64,000 nucleotides of DNA from Bdellovibrionota bacterium. GTDB lineage: Bacteria > Bdellovibrionota > Bacteriovoracia > Bacteriovoracales > Bacteriovoracaceae. The DNA lies in NCBI GenBank assembly GCA_040387275.1, contig JAZKDZ010000002.1:390480-454479 (forward strand), written 5' to 3'. The notes under the pieces were generated by a model. It saw only the letters and a list, made by a program, of their open reading frames with translations. It had not been told where the DNA came from and searched no databases. Of this stretch, positions 37,261 to 45,447 are shown in pieces. A program made the translations under genes and the position numbers. Position 1 is the first letter of the stretch, and every line of letters starts with the position of its first letter.

Positions 37261-37755
37261 TCAGGACTTAAGTCCCTTGATCGACTTAGGAGAGAAGAGA
37301 AGTTCGAGCGTAAAGCCATCCCACATGCCACCTTCCAGAACACAGATTCCGCCTTTTTTTAGACTGATGAAATCATGTTCAGGATGAAGAGACAGAATAC
37401 TCGCGATCGCGCGGGTGAGATGAGGATCATGTCCGACAAAAGCATAGGTGCCATCGTTCGGAAGAAAAGAGATGTATTCAACCAGATGGGCCGGGTCATC
37501 CAGAATATCGAGATCCGACATCATCTCGAGATTGGCCGCGGGATAGTGTTCCCATAAAATTTCCGCCGTCTGTACGGCACGGGCAAGCGGAGAAGTGAAA
37601 ATCACATCCACGCGCTTCTGGGTCTTACGAAAAGTCTTGAACGTGCGCCCGAGATCTTTGATCCCTTCGATCGTGAGTTCCCGCAGAAAATCCTTGTCCT
37701 GATTAAGATCGAAGTGACCTTCGGCCAGACCATGGCGGACAAAAATGAGTTTCAT
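37261..37755 (-). CDS. sixA: SixA-type phosphohistidine phosphatase (histidine phosphatase superfamily)
   Basis: The N-terminal MKLIFVRHGLAEGH (RHG catalytic motif) and the 164-aa size match SixA. The start overlaps the ppk1 stop by 4 nt. Confidence 0.7.
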   Translation of the reverse strand: MKLIFVRHGLAEGHFDLNQDKDFLRELTIEGIKDLGRTFKTFRKTQKRVDVIFTSPLARAVQTAEILWEHYPAANLEMMSDLDILDDPAHLVEYISFLPNDGTYAFVGHDPHLTRAIASILSLHPEHDFISLKKGGICVLEGGMWDGFTLELLFSPKSIKGLKS

Positions 37756-39875
37756 GTGACCTTCTCGCGGGCGATAGTCACTTTCATCATTTCCTGATGA
37801 GTCCCTTTTTCTTCCTCACCTTCGGCCGGAACTTTTTGCTTATAGGATCCGTCAGGGGAAAGAGTCCAGGCCAGGCGATTATCTTTCAGGATGATCTCGA
37901 GAAACTCCCCGAGTTTTTCCCTAAGCCGGACATCCATAATAGGAATGATAAGCTCAACCCGGTTATGCAGGTTTCTGTGCATCCAGTCCGCTGAACCAAT
38001 GTAGTAAGTGCCGCGATTGGCCTCTTCTTCTCCGCTTGCGAAGAAGAAGATCCGCGAATGCTCGAGGAAGCGTCCGATAATCGAAATCACTTCAATATTT
38101 TCTGATAAACCCGGAATCCCGGGCTTTAAGCAGCAGAACCCGCGGATGATAAGTGTGATTTTCACTCCGGCGGAACTTGCTTCATAAAGTAGCTCAGTAA
38201 TCACCTCATCTTCGAGCGAGTTCATCTTCGCGATGATGCGCGCTTTTTTTCCGGCCTTGGCATTACTAATTTCATCGCGGATTTTATTCATGAAAGTGGA
38301 TTTCATGTTAATCGGTGCCACGAGAATTTCTTTGTAATCAGTCTTAAGCGAAGATCCCGTGAGGTAATTGAAAACTTCCGCCACTTCTCCTGCCACTTTC
38401 TGATTACAGGTAAGAAGACCCAGATCGGTATAGAGATTTGAAGTCTGCGAGTGATAGTTACCTGTTCCCACGTGAACATAACTCATGATCTCGCCGTCAC
38501 TCTCCTGTCTGACAACAAGAGTGGTCTTCGTATGAGTCTTGAGACCCAGAATTCCGTACACAACGTGAACGCCGGCATCTTCGAGTTTTTGTGCCCACAC
38601 AATGTTTCTCTGTTCATCAAAACGTGCTTTGAGCTCAACCAGCGCCACAACCTGCTTTCCTTTCTCTGCTGCTTTAATCAGTGAGCGGATGAAAGGAGAA
38701 TTGTCGCCGGTACGATAGAGAGTCATCTTGATCGCGAGAACATGGGGATCTTCTGCGGCCGAGGAAACAAATTTTTCCACAGTTCCGGAAAAACTCTCAT
38801 ACGGATGGTGAACCAGAAGATCACCCTGCCGGATAAGTGAGAAGATCGACGTATTTTCTGCGAAGGCCTTCGGAATAATGGGAGACCATGGCTTGAATTT
38901 CAGCTGAGGGAGATCGAGATCAACAATCGGCTTCAGAATTCCGAAGTCGATCGGGAAATCCATTTCATAAACGTCTTCATCGATAATCTCGAGAGACTCT
39001 TTTAAAAAGTTAGTGAGATTGGGATCCGTATCACGGTGAATCTCAAGCCGTACACATTCAGCAAGACGACGCTCTTTAATTCCTTCTTCCACGAGGATCA
39101 GAAGATCCTGCGCCTCATCTTCACGATGATCGACGTCTGCGTTTCTTGAAACACGGAAAGGAACAGTCTGCTGGATTTCCATGCCGGGATAAAGAGTCGC
39201 GAGATTACTCCGCACGGTCGTAACGGTTGTGACGAAACGGTATTTCTTATCCCCATCTCCGCGCGGAAGTAGCATGAGTCCGGGAATGGCCTCAGGAATT
39301 TTTACCCGCGAGAAGAGAATTGTCTCAGTCTGAGGATTTTTGAGAATCATCCCGAGTGAGTAGGAAAGATTTGAGATAAAGGGAAACGGATGTCCGGGAT
39401 CAACTGAAAGTGGAGTAAGAACCGGATAAATCTTCCGGCGGAAAATTCCGTTACAAAACTCCTGGTCTTCAGCTCCCAGATCTTCGTAGTTATAAACGTA
39501 GATATCATTCCGCTGAAGTTCACCGATCAACTGGAGATAAATCGCCCGCTGAGTTTCGAGGTCTTCATTGATATGCTTTCTGATTCCTTCAAGCTGCTCA
39601 GTGACAGATAGCCCATCCACCGAACGGTGAGAAATCCCTGAACCCAGAAGATGCTTTAAGTATCCAATCCTCTTCATGACGAATTCATCGAGGTTCGATG
39701 AGAAGATAATCAGGAAGCGCAGGCGTTCGAGAAGCGGATTACGCTTATCTGCGGCCTCGTGGAGAACCCTGCGATTGAACTGAAGCCACGAGACATCCCG
39801 GTTCAGGAAGTGCGTGGGATCAACGTTAAAATTGATCTTCTTGGGGCTTCTATTGGGGTTTCTGCGTTTTCTCAT
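37752..39875 (-). CDS. ppk1: Polyphosphate kinase 1
   Basis: 707 aa with the PPK1 N-terminal motif ...FLNRDVSWLQFNRRVLHEA...NLDEFVMKR and two PLD-like C-terminal domains (HTKTTLVVR...). Confidence 0.9.
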   Translation of the reverse strand: MRKRRNPNRSPKKINFNVDPTHFLNRDVSWLQFNRRVLHEAADKRNPLLERLRFLIIFSSNLDEFVMKRIGYLKHLLGSGISHRSVDGLSVTEQLEGIRKHINEDLETQRAIYLQLIGELQRNDIYVYNYEDLGAEDQEFCNGIFRRKIYPVLTPLSVDPGHPFPFISNLSYSLGMILKNPQTETILFSRVKIPEAIPGLMLLPRGDGDKKYRFVTTVTTVRSNLATLYPGMEIQQTVPFRVSRNADVDHREDEAQDLLILVEEGIKERRLAECVRLEIHRDTDPNLTNFLKESLEIIDEDVYEMDFPIDFGILKPIVDLDLPQLKFKPWSPIIPKAFAENTSIFSLIRQGDLLVHHPYESFSGTVEKFVSSAAEDPHVLAIKMTLYRTGDNSPFIRSLIKAAEKGKQVVALVELKARFDEQRNIVWAQKLEDAGVHVVYGILGLKTHTKTTLVVRQESDGEIMSYVHVGTGNYHSQTSNLYTDLGLLTCNQKVAGEVAEVFNYLTGSSLKTDYKEILVAPINMKSTFMNKIRDEISNAKAGKKARIIAKMNSLEDEVITELLYEASSAGVKITLIIRGFCCLKPGIPGLSENIEVISIIGRFLEHSRIFFFASGEEEANRGTYYIGSADWMHRNLHNRVELIIPIMDVRLREKLGEFLEIILKDNRLAWTLSPDGSYKQKVPAEGEEEKGTHQEMMKVTIAREKVT

Positions 39876-39885
39876 ATTTCTCAGA

Positions 39886-39906
39886 AGTGTCTAAAGTTCA
39901 GACACT
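39886..39906. promoter_or_regulatory. Inverted repeat AGTGTCT-N7-AGACACT, 10 nt upstream of the ppk1 start codon
   Basis: Read directly. A near-identical 15-mer (TCTAgAGTTCAGACA vs TCTAaAGTTCAGACA) recurs at 37246-37260, just past the sixA stop. Confidence 0.3.
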
Positions 39907-39968
39907 TTCTAGTCAGGCCGTGAAAGTTTTAGTCGATATCTTGATCCAGTTTAAAAACCCTCCCCCTT

Positions 39969-40001
39969 CCTGACAAGGAAATAACCCTGTGGATTGTCAG
40001 G
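39969..40001. promoter_or_regulatory. Inverted repeat CCTGACAA-N17-TTGTCAGG in the ppk1 / Q-rich-gene divergent promoter
   Basis: Read directly: 8-bp perfect arms. Confidence 0.25.
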
Positions 40002-40100
40002 ATTCCGTGGGGGAATATCGTCAATTTTCTCAATCAGCTTTGTTTGGCATGGAACTTGGAGTCATAAGCTTACATTTTCTACGTTTCCTAGGGGGGAACT

Positions 40101-41324
40101 ATGTCACACAAAAAACACCAATTCTGGGTCATGATGCCCGTACTTGGAATTTTACTCATGTCACCAAAAGATGTTCAGACGAAATATGGTCGCCATATTG
40201 CTTCGGATGAACCAGCTCCGCAGGCAGAAGAAGCGAGACCCGCTTCTCAGACGCCTAAGCTTGATCAACTGATCACAACACTTACTGTTCCGGAAAGACA
40301 AAATCCCGTGAACCTGAATAGTGATAATTTAAAAGAAGAAATTTCCACAGCTCTTTCTAAAGTTTCCAAGGCCGAAGAATACTCACGCGACACCGTGCTG
40401 GTTCCTGCCCTGGATAAACATCTTGAAGAAATTAAAGATGCCGCGATTCATCTCGTCCAGGTTGAGAAATCCATTAAAGATCTCATCACTCCTGATGATG
40501 AAGGTGATATCCGCTCACGCATAAGCGAAGCAAAAATTATTCTCGAAGCCTCTTTAAAAGATCTCGATGAAACCAGAGTTGCCGTCGCAAAACGTGATGC
40601 TCCAGCCGCTGCCCCAGTGGTTGCCAGAGTTCCGGATGCACCAGCTCAGCAGACAACTCCGGCGGCCCGCGCTCCGGGTGTGGTAGCTGCAGAAACGACT
40701 GTCGCTGCTGATGAAAAGAAAGAAGAAAAAGATCCGATCCTTTGCGCTCTCGAAGAACAGAATAAACTTCTTCAACAGCAGCTTCAGGGATTTGTTCAAC
40801 AGCAGTCACTCATCATGCAACAGCTGATGCAAATGTCTCAGATGATGATGATGCAGAATATGTATCGTGTGCAGGATACATTTAATTACCGCGAAGCTTA
40901 TCAGTATCATCAGCCACAAACTGCTGGTAACTGGGTTTACTATCCGAATGGTCTTCAGCCGATTCAACCGGGCCAGCAGGTTCCGGGTCAGATGGATCAG
41001 TCGAATATTTTCGGTCTTAATCAACAGCCTCAGATGCAGCCACAAATGCAACCGCAGATGGGTGGTTATGGAATGGGCGGCATGATGGGCGGATACGGAA
41101 TGCCAATGCAGCCACAGATGCAGCAACCGGGAATGATGAATCAAGGTGGAGGATGGGGACTCGCTCCTCAGATGGGATCAGGACAAATGCCTGGTAACTT
41201 CGGCATGGACTCCATGAGCTTCAATATGAGTTCACCGGTGATGAACGCGCCTCAGATGGGAGCTCCTTCAGTAGGCGCACCTATGGGCGGAGGAATGTCG
41301 ATGAATCCCGGCACTTTCATGTAA
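40101..41324 (+). CDS. Secreted/membrane-anchored low-complexity protein: coiled-coil middle, Q/N-rich and Met/Gly-rich (MGGYGM, MxxM) C-terminal half
   Basis: GGGGGG RBS and an N-terminal hydrophobic segment VMMPVLGILLM. The C-terminal ~200 aa are dominated by Q, M, G and P (QPQMQPQMQPQMGGYGMGGMMGGYGMPMQPQMQQPGMM...). Confidence 0.5.
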   Translation: MSHKKHQFWVMMPVLGILLMSPKDVQTKYGRHIASDEPAPQAEEARPASQTPKLDQLITTLTVPERQNPVNLNSDNLKEEISTALSKVSKAEEYSRDTVLVPALDKHLEEIKDAAIHLVQVEKSIKDLITPDDEGDIRSRISEAKIILEASLKDLDETRVAVAKRDAPAAAPVVARVPDAPAQQTTPAARAPGVVAAETTVAADEKKEEKDPILCALEEQNKLLQQQLQGFVQQQSLIMQQLMQMSQMMMMQNMYRVQDTFNYREAYQYHQPQTAGNWVYYPNGLQPIQPGQQVPGQMDQSNIFGLNQQPQMQPQMQPQMGGYGMGGMMGGYGMPMQPQMQQPGMMNQGGGWGLAPQMGSGQMPGNFGMDSMSFNMSSPVMNAPQMGAPSVGAPMGGGMSMNPGTFM

Positions 41325-41349
41325 TTTACTCAACTACTCAGGGCCCTCT

Positions 41350-41643
41350 TTGCAAGAGGGTCCTTCTAAAGAAAACTTACAATCAAACGATAAGTTTTCT
41401 GTGAACGAAATAAGAAAAGACACTAAAGAAATATTGCTGATGAGGGTTTGTCACCGCTGTCAGCACATCAATGAATCCTCAGTGGAATTGGAACGCTGCA
41501 CTCAGTGCCAGAAATCCTTTCTACCTCTCCGATACTTCGAAAAAGTCCACTCTGCTCACGGTAAACAATGGAAAAACAATTTCTCCTCAACATCCGAAAT
41601 TGAGGAAGAAGATTTGATCAAGGGTCTCTTTGTTCTGTGGTGA
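41350..41643 (+). CDS. Small zinc-ribbon-like protein (two CxxC pairs)
   Basis: CHRCQH...17 aa...CTQCQ. Confidence 0.35.
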   Translation: MQEGPSKENLQSNDKFSVNEIRKDTKEILLMRVCHRCQHINESSVELERCTQCQKSFLPLRYFEKVHSAHGKQWKNNFSSTSEIEEEDLIKGLFVLW

Positions 41644-41672
41644 GTCCGCGACTATTTTGCTAGCTTAAAATC

Positions 41673-43379
41673 ATGAACCAACAAATAAGTCCTGTGAAAG
41701 AACTGAACCCAGTTCTTGTTCGTCTCTTTAAAAAAAGAGGCATTTCTCCTGCTGAAGTCGACAGCATTCTTTCCTGGAACTTAAAAGACATCACTCCCCT
41801 CACTGACATGATTGATCTGGCGAAAGCTTCTGAGCGCCTGATTCGCGCGATTGAAGATGGCGAGAAAATCGGTGTGTACGGCGACTACGATGTCGATGGC
41901 ACAACTTCCTGCGCACTTCTGTGGCACTTCTTTGCGATGACCGGAACAGAAGTGGAAGTCTTTCAGCCGAGTCGTTTTGTCGAAGGCTATGGCGTTCATC
42001 CTTCATCAATTGATGCAGCCATTGAGAAAAATGTAAAAGTCCTCATCACTGTGGATTGCGGAATTTCAAATACGGCGACGGCCGATTACGCCACGGAAAA
42101 AGGTGTTGATCTCATCATTACTGATCACCATAAGGACGCCGCTCCTCATATCCCGCGCGCGTACGCAGTTGTGAATCCTAACCGTCGTGATGAAAAAGAT
42201 TCTGATCTTAAAACTCTCGCTGGTGTGGGAGTGGCCTTTGCTCTTGCTCTCCAGATGAAAAATGATCTTGCTCTGAAGGGTATTGATCTTCCTTCTCTCT
42301 ATCCCCTTCTTCAATTCGTTGCGATCGGAACCATTTCCGATCTCGCGCGTATGAGTCCCATCAATCTTCGTCTCACAAGACACGGGTTAAAACAGATTCC
42401 CGGTTCGCAGTATCCGGGAGTCCGCGCGTTTTTCTCACCGGAAGAATTGAAAGGCACAACCGTTTCTTCAGAGCGAATAGCATTCCACGTGGGCCCGCAT
42501 ATTAATTCCAAGGGCCGACTTGATCATCCAGAGCGCGCGATGAAACTTCTCATCGCCGGCGATTCTCAGGAAGCTCACGAGCACTACACTCATCTTGAAG
42601 TCGCTAACCGCGATCGCCGTGTGATTCAGAATGAAGTTTTCACCCAGGCCAAAAAAGATGTGATCGCAGGTCTCTCGGGTTCTGAACTTCTGATCAACAT
42701 TATGTATCGTCCTGACTGGCACGAAGGTGTGATCGGGATTGTCGCTTCAAAACTCGTTGAGACCTTTGAAGTGCCTGCAGTCATTTTCACAGATGCAGAA
42801 GAAGAAGGTGTGATCAAGGCTTCGGCCCGCACTGCCGGTGAACTCAGCATCTTTGATCTTCTTGATAGCTGTAAAGATCTCTTCATTAAGTTCGGAGGTC
42901 ACAAGGCCGCTGCCGGACTTTCCATGAGAAAAGAAAATTTCCCTGCGTTTAAAGCACGGGCGATGGAATATCTGAAAGGCATCCCTGCTCCTCTTCGCAC
43001 GAAGACCAGAAGCTTTGATGTGGAAGTGAACATTGAAGAACTGAATGGCCATCTTGTGAAGGATCTCGATCTTCTCGAGCCATGGGGTCCGGGACATGAA
43101 CGTCCGGTTTTCCGTATGAAAAATGCCACGATCCAGTCTTATAAGATCATGAAAGATGCTCACGTTCGCTGGACTTTTTCGAATGCACCGAAAAAAGTTT
43201 CTCTTCAGGGAATCAGTTTCAATTACCTCGGCAAGTGGAATGAAATGTCGCCGGAAGAATTATTTGAGCTTCAGACGAAATCCGGACTCACCGTCCAGTT
43301 CACTCTGGGTGTGAATAAGTTTAACGGCAACGAAACGATCCAGCTCATGGTGGATAAGGTTATTCCGGGTCAGGTATGA
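41673..43379 (+). CDS. recJ: Single-stranded-DNA-specific exonuclease RecJ
   Basis: DHH motifs (IGVYGDYDVDGTTSCALL, ITDHH), a DHHA1 domain and a C-terminal OB-fold region. 568 aa. Confidence 0.85.
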   Translation: MNQQISPVKELNPVLVRLFKKRGISPAEVDSILSWNLKDITPLTDMIDLAKASERLIRAIEDGEKIGVYGDYDVDGTTSCALLWHFFAMTGTEVEVFQPSRFVEGYGVHPSSIDAAIEKNVKVLITVDCGISNTATADYATEKGVDLIITDHHKDAAPHIPRAYAVVNPNRRDEKDSDLKTLAGVGVAFALALQMKNDLALKGIDLPSLYPLLQFVAIGTISDLARMSPINLRLTRHGLKQIPGSQYPGVRAFFSPEELKGTTVSSERIAFHVGPHINSKGRLDHPERAMKLLIAGDSQEAHEHYTHLEVANRDRRVIQNEVFTQAKKDVIAGLSGSELLINIMYRPDWHEGVIGIVASKLVETFEVPAVIFTDAEEEGVIKASARTAGELSIFDLLDSCKDLFIKFGGHKAAAGLSMRKENFPAFKARAMEYLKGIPAPLRTKTRSFDVEVNIEELNGHLVKDLDLLEPWGPGHERPVFRMKNATIQSYKIMKDAHVRWTFSNAPKKVSLQGISFNYLGKWNEMSPEELFELQTKSGLTVQFTLGVNKFNGNETIQLMVDKVIPGQV

Positions 43380-44272
43380 AAGAGAAAATGGGTCGCAGAA
43401 AATTCGTTGCTGGATCCATTGCTGCCGGAGTTGTCGCTTCAACCGGTCTCAAAGCTGAAGAGAAAACTGAAATCACAAAACCACTTTCTGGCCAGACAGC
43501 ACTTGTCACAGGCGGAGCTCGCGGCATCGGTCGCGCTTGTGCTCTTGAGCTCGCTAAGCTTGGTGCTAACATTGTCATCTTCGATCTTCCGGGAACAATC
43601 AAGTCTCTTAAGTACAAACTCGCAACTCAAAAAGACATGGATGAGACACTCAGTCTCGTGAGAGCGGAAGGTGTGAAAGCGTCCGGATACAAAGTTGATA
43701 TCCGCGATCTCGCTTCAGTAAAAGAAAATTTTTCGGAAGCCCTTTCAACATACGGTAAAATTCAGATCGCTGTTGTGAACGCGGGTATCAAAGTTACAGA
43801 AGTCGTGACAAAAATTTCCGAAGAATCATGGAAAGATGTGATCGATGTGAATCTCACAGGATCCTTTCATACAATCCAGGTTGCGTCTCAGCACATGGTT
43901 CGTGAGAACTACGGAAGAATCGTGGCCATTGGTTCAAGCTCAGCACGCTCTGCTGTTCCTCAGGCCGGAAGTTATATCGCCGCGAAATGGGGACTCATAG
44001 GTCTCGTGAAAGCAACGGCCCTTGAACTCGGAAAATCCGGCGTCACCGTGAATGTCGTGAATCCCGCAATCACTCTCACTGATCTCTCAACCAGCGCTTA
44101 TCCACTGGAAGCGATGAAAGAGACGGCAAAAAAGATGAATGTCACAAATGCGGTTTTTCTCGAAACATCCGAGACAGCACGCATGGTGGGATTTCTCGCT
44201 ATGAAAGAATCCGCTAACATCAGTGGCGCCACCTTCGATGTAGCAGCCGGACAAAGTGCCCGCTGGCCTTAG
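43376..44272 (+). CDS. SDR-family oxidoreductase with twin-arginine (Tat) signal peptide
   Basis: MGRRKFVAGSIAAGVVAS is a Tat motif (RRxFxxG). TGGARGIGRA is the Rossmann TGxxxGxG motif, and SSARSAVPQAGSYIAAK is the YxxxK active site. The ATG overlaps the recJ stop (ATGA). Confidence 0.7.
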   Translation: MKEKMGRRKFVAGSIAAGVVASTGLKAEEKTEITKPLSGQTALVTGGARGIGRACALELAKLGANIVIFDLPGTIKSLKYKLATQKDMDETLSLVRAEGVKASGYKVDIRDLASVKENFSEALSTYGKIQIAVVNAGIKVTEVVTKISEESWKDVIDVNLTGSFHTIQVASQHMVRENYGRIVAIGSSSARSAVPQAGSYIAAKWGLIGLVKATALELGKSGVTVNVVNPAITLTDLSTSAYPLEAMKETAKKMNVTNAVFLETSETARMVGFLAMKESANISGATFDVAAGQSARWP

Positions 44273-44369
44273 TTTTCCCAAATGCACCTGTAATCTTTTC
44301 AAAAAATTCTTCCGCTATCCGGTCTCCGGCTATACTCCCGCCGCGTTTATCAATTAAAAGGAGTCCTTC

Positions 44370-44705
44370 ATGAAAACTTTGTTCGCAGCTCTTATGCTTG
44401 TCTCTTCAGTCGCTTTTGCAGCACCAATGGGCCAGGAAGCAGTAGAAATCGCAGGTGTGATTTCTCACTCTCAGGTTAAAGAGTGTCTGGCTGACGTGAA
44501 TATCGGTGAAATGGTTAATGTGACGATCGAGAAGAAAGTTGCCCGTTGTCCGATGTGCAACTCTTACGTCATCACTGGTCGCGAAATCGTTCAGGGAGAT
44601 ATCATCTCTTCTGAACTCACGACGATTTCAATCGTTGGTAAGGGTGTTCCGGGATTCGGCTTTGGTTTTGTTCAGACTTATAAATGTTCAGTCTCTAAGA
44701 AATAG
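44370..44705 (+). CDS. Small secreted Cys-containing protein
   Basis: AAAGGAG RBS and signal peptide MKTLFAALMLVSSVAFA. Four Cys. It is followed by a terminator. Confidence 0.45.
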   Translation: MKTLFAALMLVSSVAFAAPMGQEAVEIAGVISHSQVKECLADVNIGEMVNVTIEKKVARCPMCNSYVITGREIVQGDIISSELTTISIVGKGVPGFGFGFVQTYKCSVSKK

Positions 44706-44717
44706 TTTTGATAAAAA

Positions 44718-44750
44718 GGGGCCGGAGAAATCCGGCCCTTTTTAATTTTT
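44718..44750. terminator. Bidirectional Rho-independent terminator between convergent genes
   Basis: GGGCCGGA-GAAA-TCCGGCCC flanked by A-run (AAAAA upstream) and T-run (TTTTTAATTTTT downstream). Confidence 0.8.
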
Positions 44751-45348
44751 AGAATTTTTTGATGGCGCCCGGTGGACAGTTCACCGGAACTTTACGTGAA
44801 ACAACCGCTTTCACATAACTGTAAAAAGCACTTCTTCCTCCGCAAATCCAGGTCTGATCATCAGGAAAGGTTTCACCAAGGTCATACTTATAGGCCGTTG
44901 TAGTGACTCCATTTCGGTCAGTAACCGCTATGGTTCTCAGTTCACCAAAATCGACTTCCTCTTCAATTTCAATATCGCGCGAGCAAAACTTCAGGCGATT
45001 AGCGAGTCGTTCCACATTGTCGGCCTGAGATTCTGTGAGTGAGACCTGAAAGTCACACTGTTTTGTTTCTCCGACTGATCCCTCATCAGGTGAATCCTTG
45101 AAATTTCCTGTGACCAGAACAGGACGCCGCCCTAAATCCAGACGGAGACTGTGTTCATAATTTTTGACGTAGAGATCATCAGTTCCGAGGATGATGGAGG
45201 AATATTTCGAAGGAACGTTGTCCTCTTCCTCTTCTTCAGGTGTCGTGGGAGGAGTGACCGTCACATCATCGTCGTTATCATCATTGTCACTACCGCAGGA
45301 AATGATGAGTGAGAGAAAGAGAAAACAATATAAAAGGGATAATTTCAT
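44749..45348 (-). CDS. Lipoprotein with poly-Asp/Glu N-terminal linker, hypothetical
   Basis: Lipobox LSLIISCGSDNDDNDDD. Confidence 0.45.
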   Translation of the reverse strand: MKLSLLYCFLFLSLIISCGSDNDDNDDDVTVTPPTTPEEEEEDNVPSKYSSIILGTDDLYVKNYEHSLRLDLGRRPVLVTGNFKDSPDEGSVGETKQCDFQVSLTESQADNVERLANRLKFCSRDIEIEEEVDFGELRTIAVTDRNGVTTTAYKYDLGETFPDDQTWICGGRSAFYSYVKAVVSRKVPVNCPPGAIKKF

Positions 45349-45447
45349 AAAACCTCCGTCTACAGGAGAGATTATCGGAGATAAGGGGTGGATGCCTTGC
45401 GGGAAACTAAATCAAATTGGAGTGTGATCATCGGGATGCGGGGCGGT

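Noticed and set aside
40101-41324. Copper-resistance protein (CopA/PcoC-like) assignment for the Met-rich protein
   Set aside because: Only the compositional resemblance of MxM/MGGM motifs supports it. There is no cupredoxin or multicopper oxidase domain, and there are no neighbouring cop/cus genes. I left it as a low-complexity secreted protein with a hypothesis.
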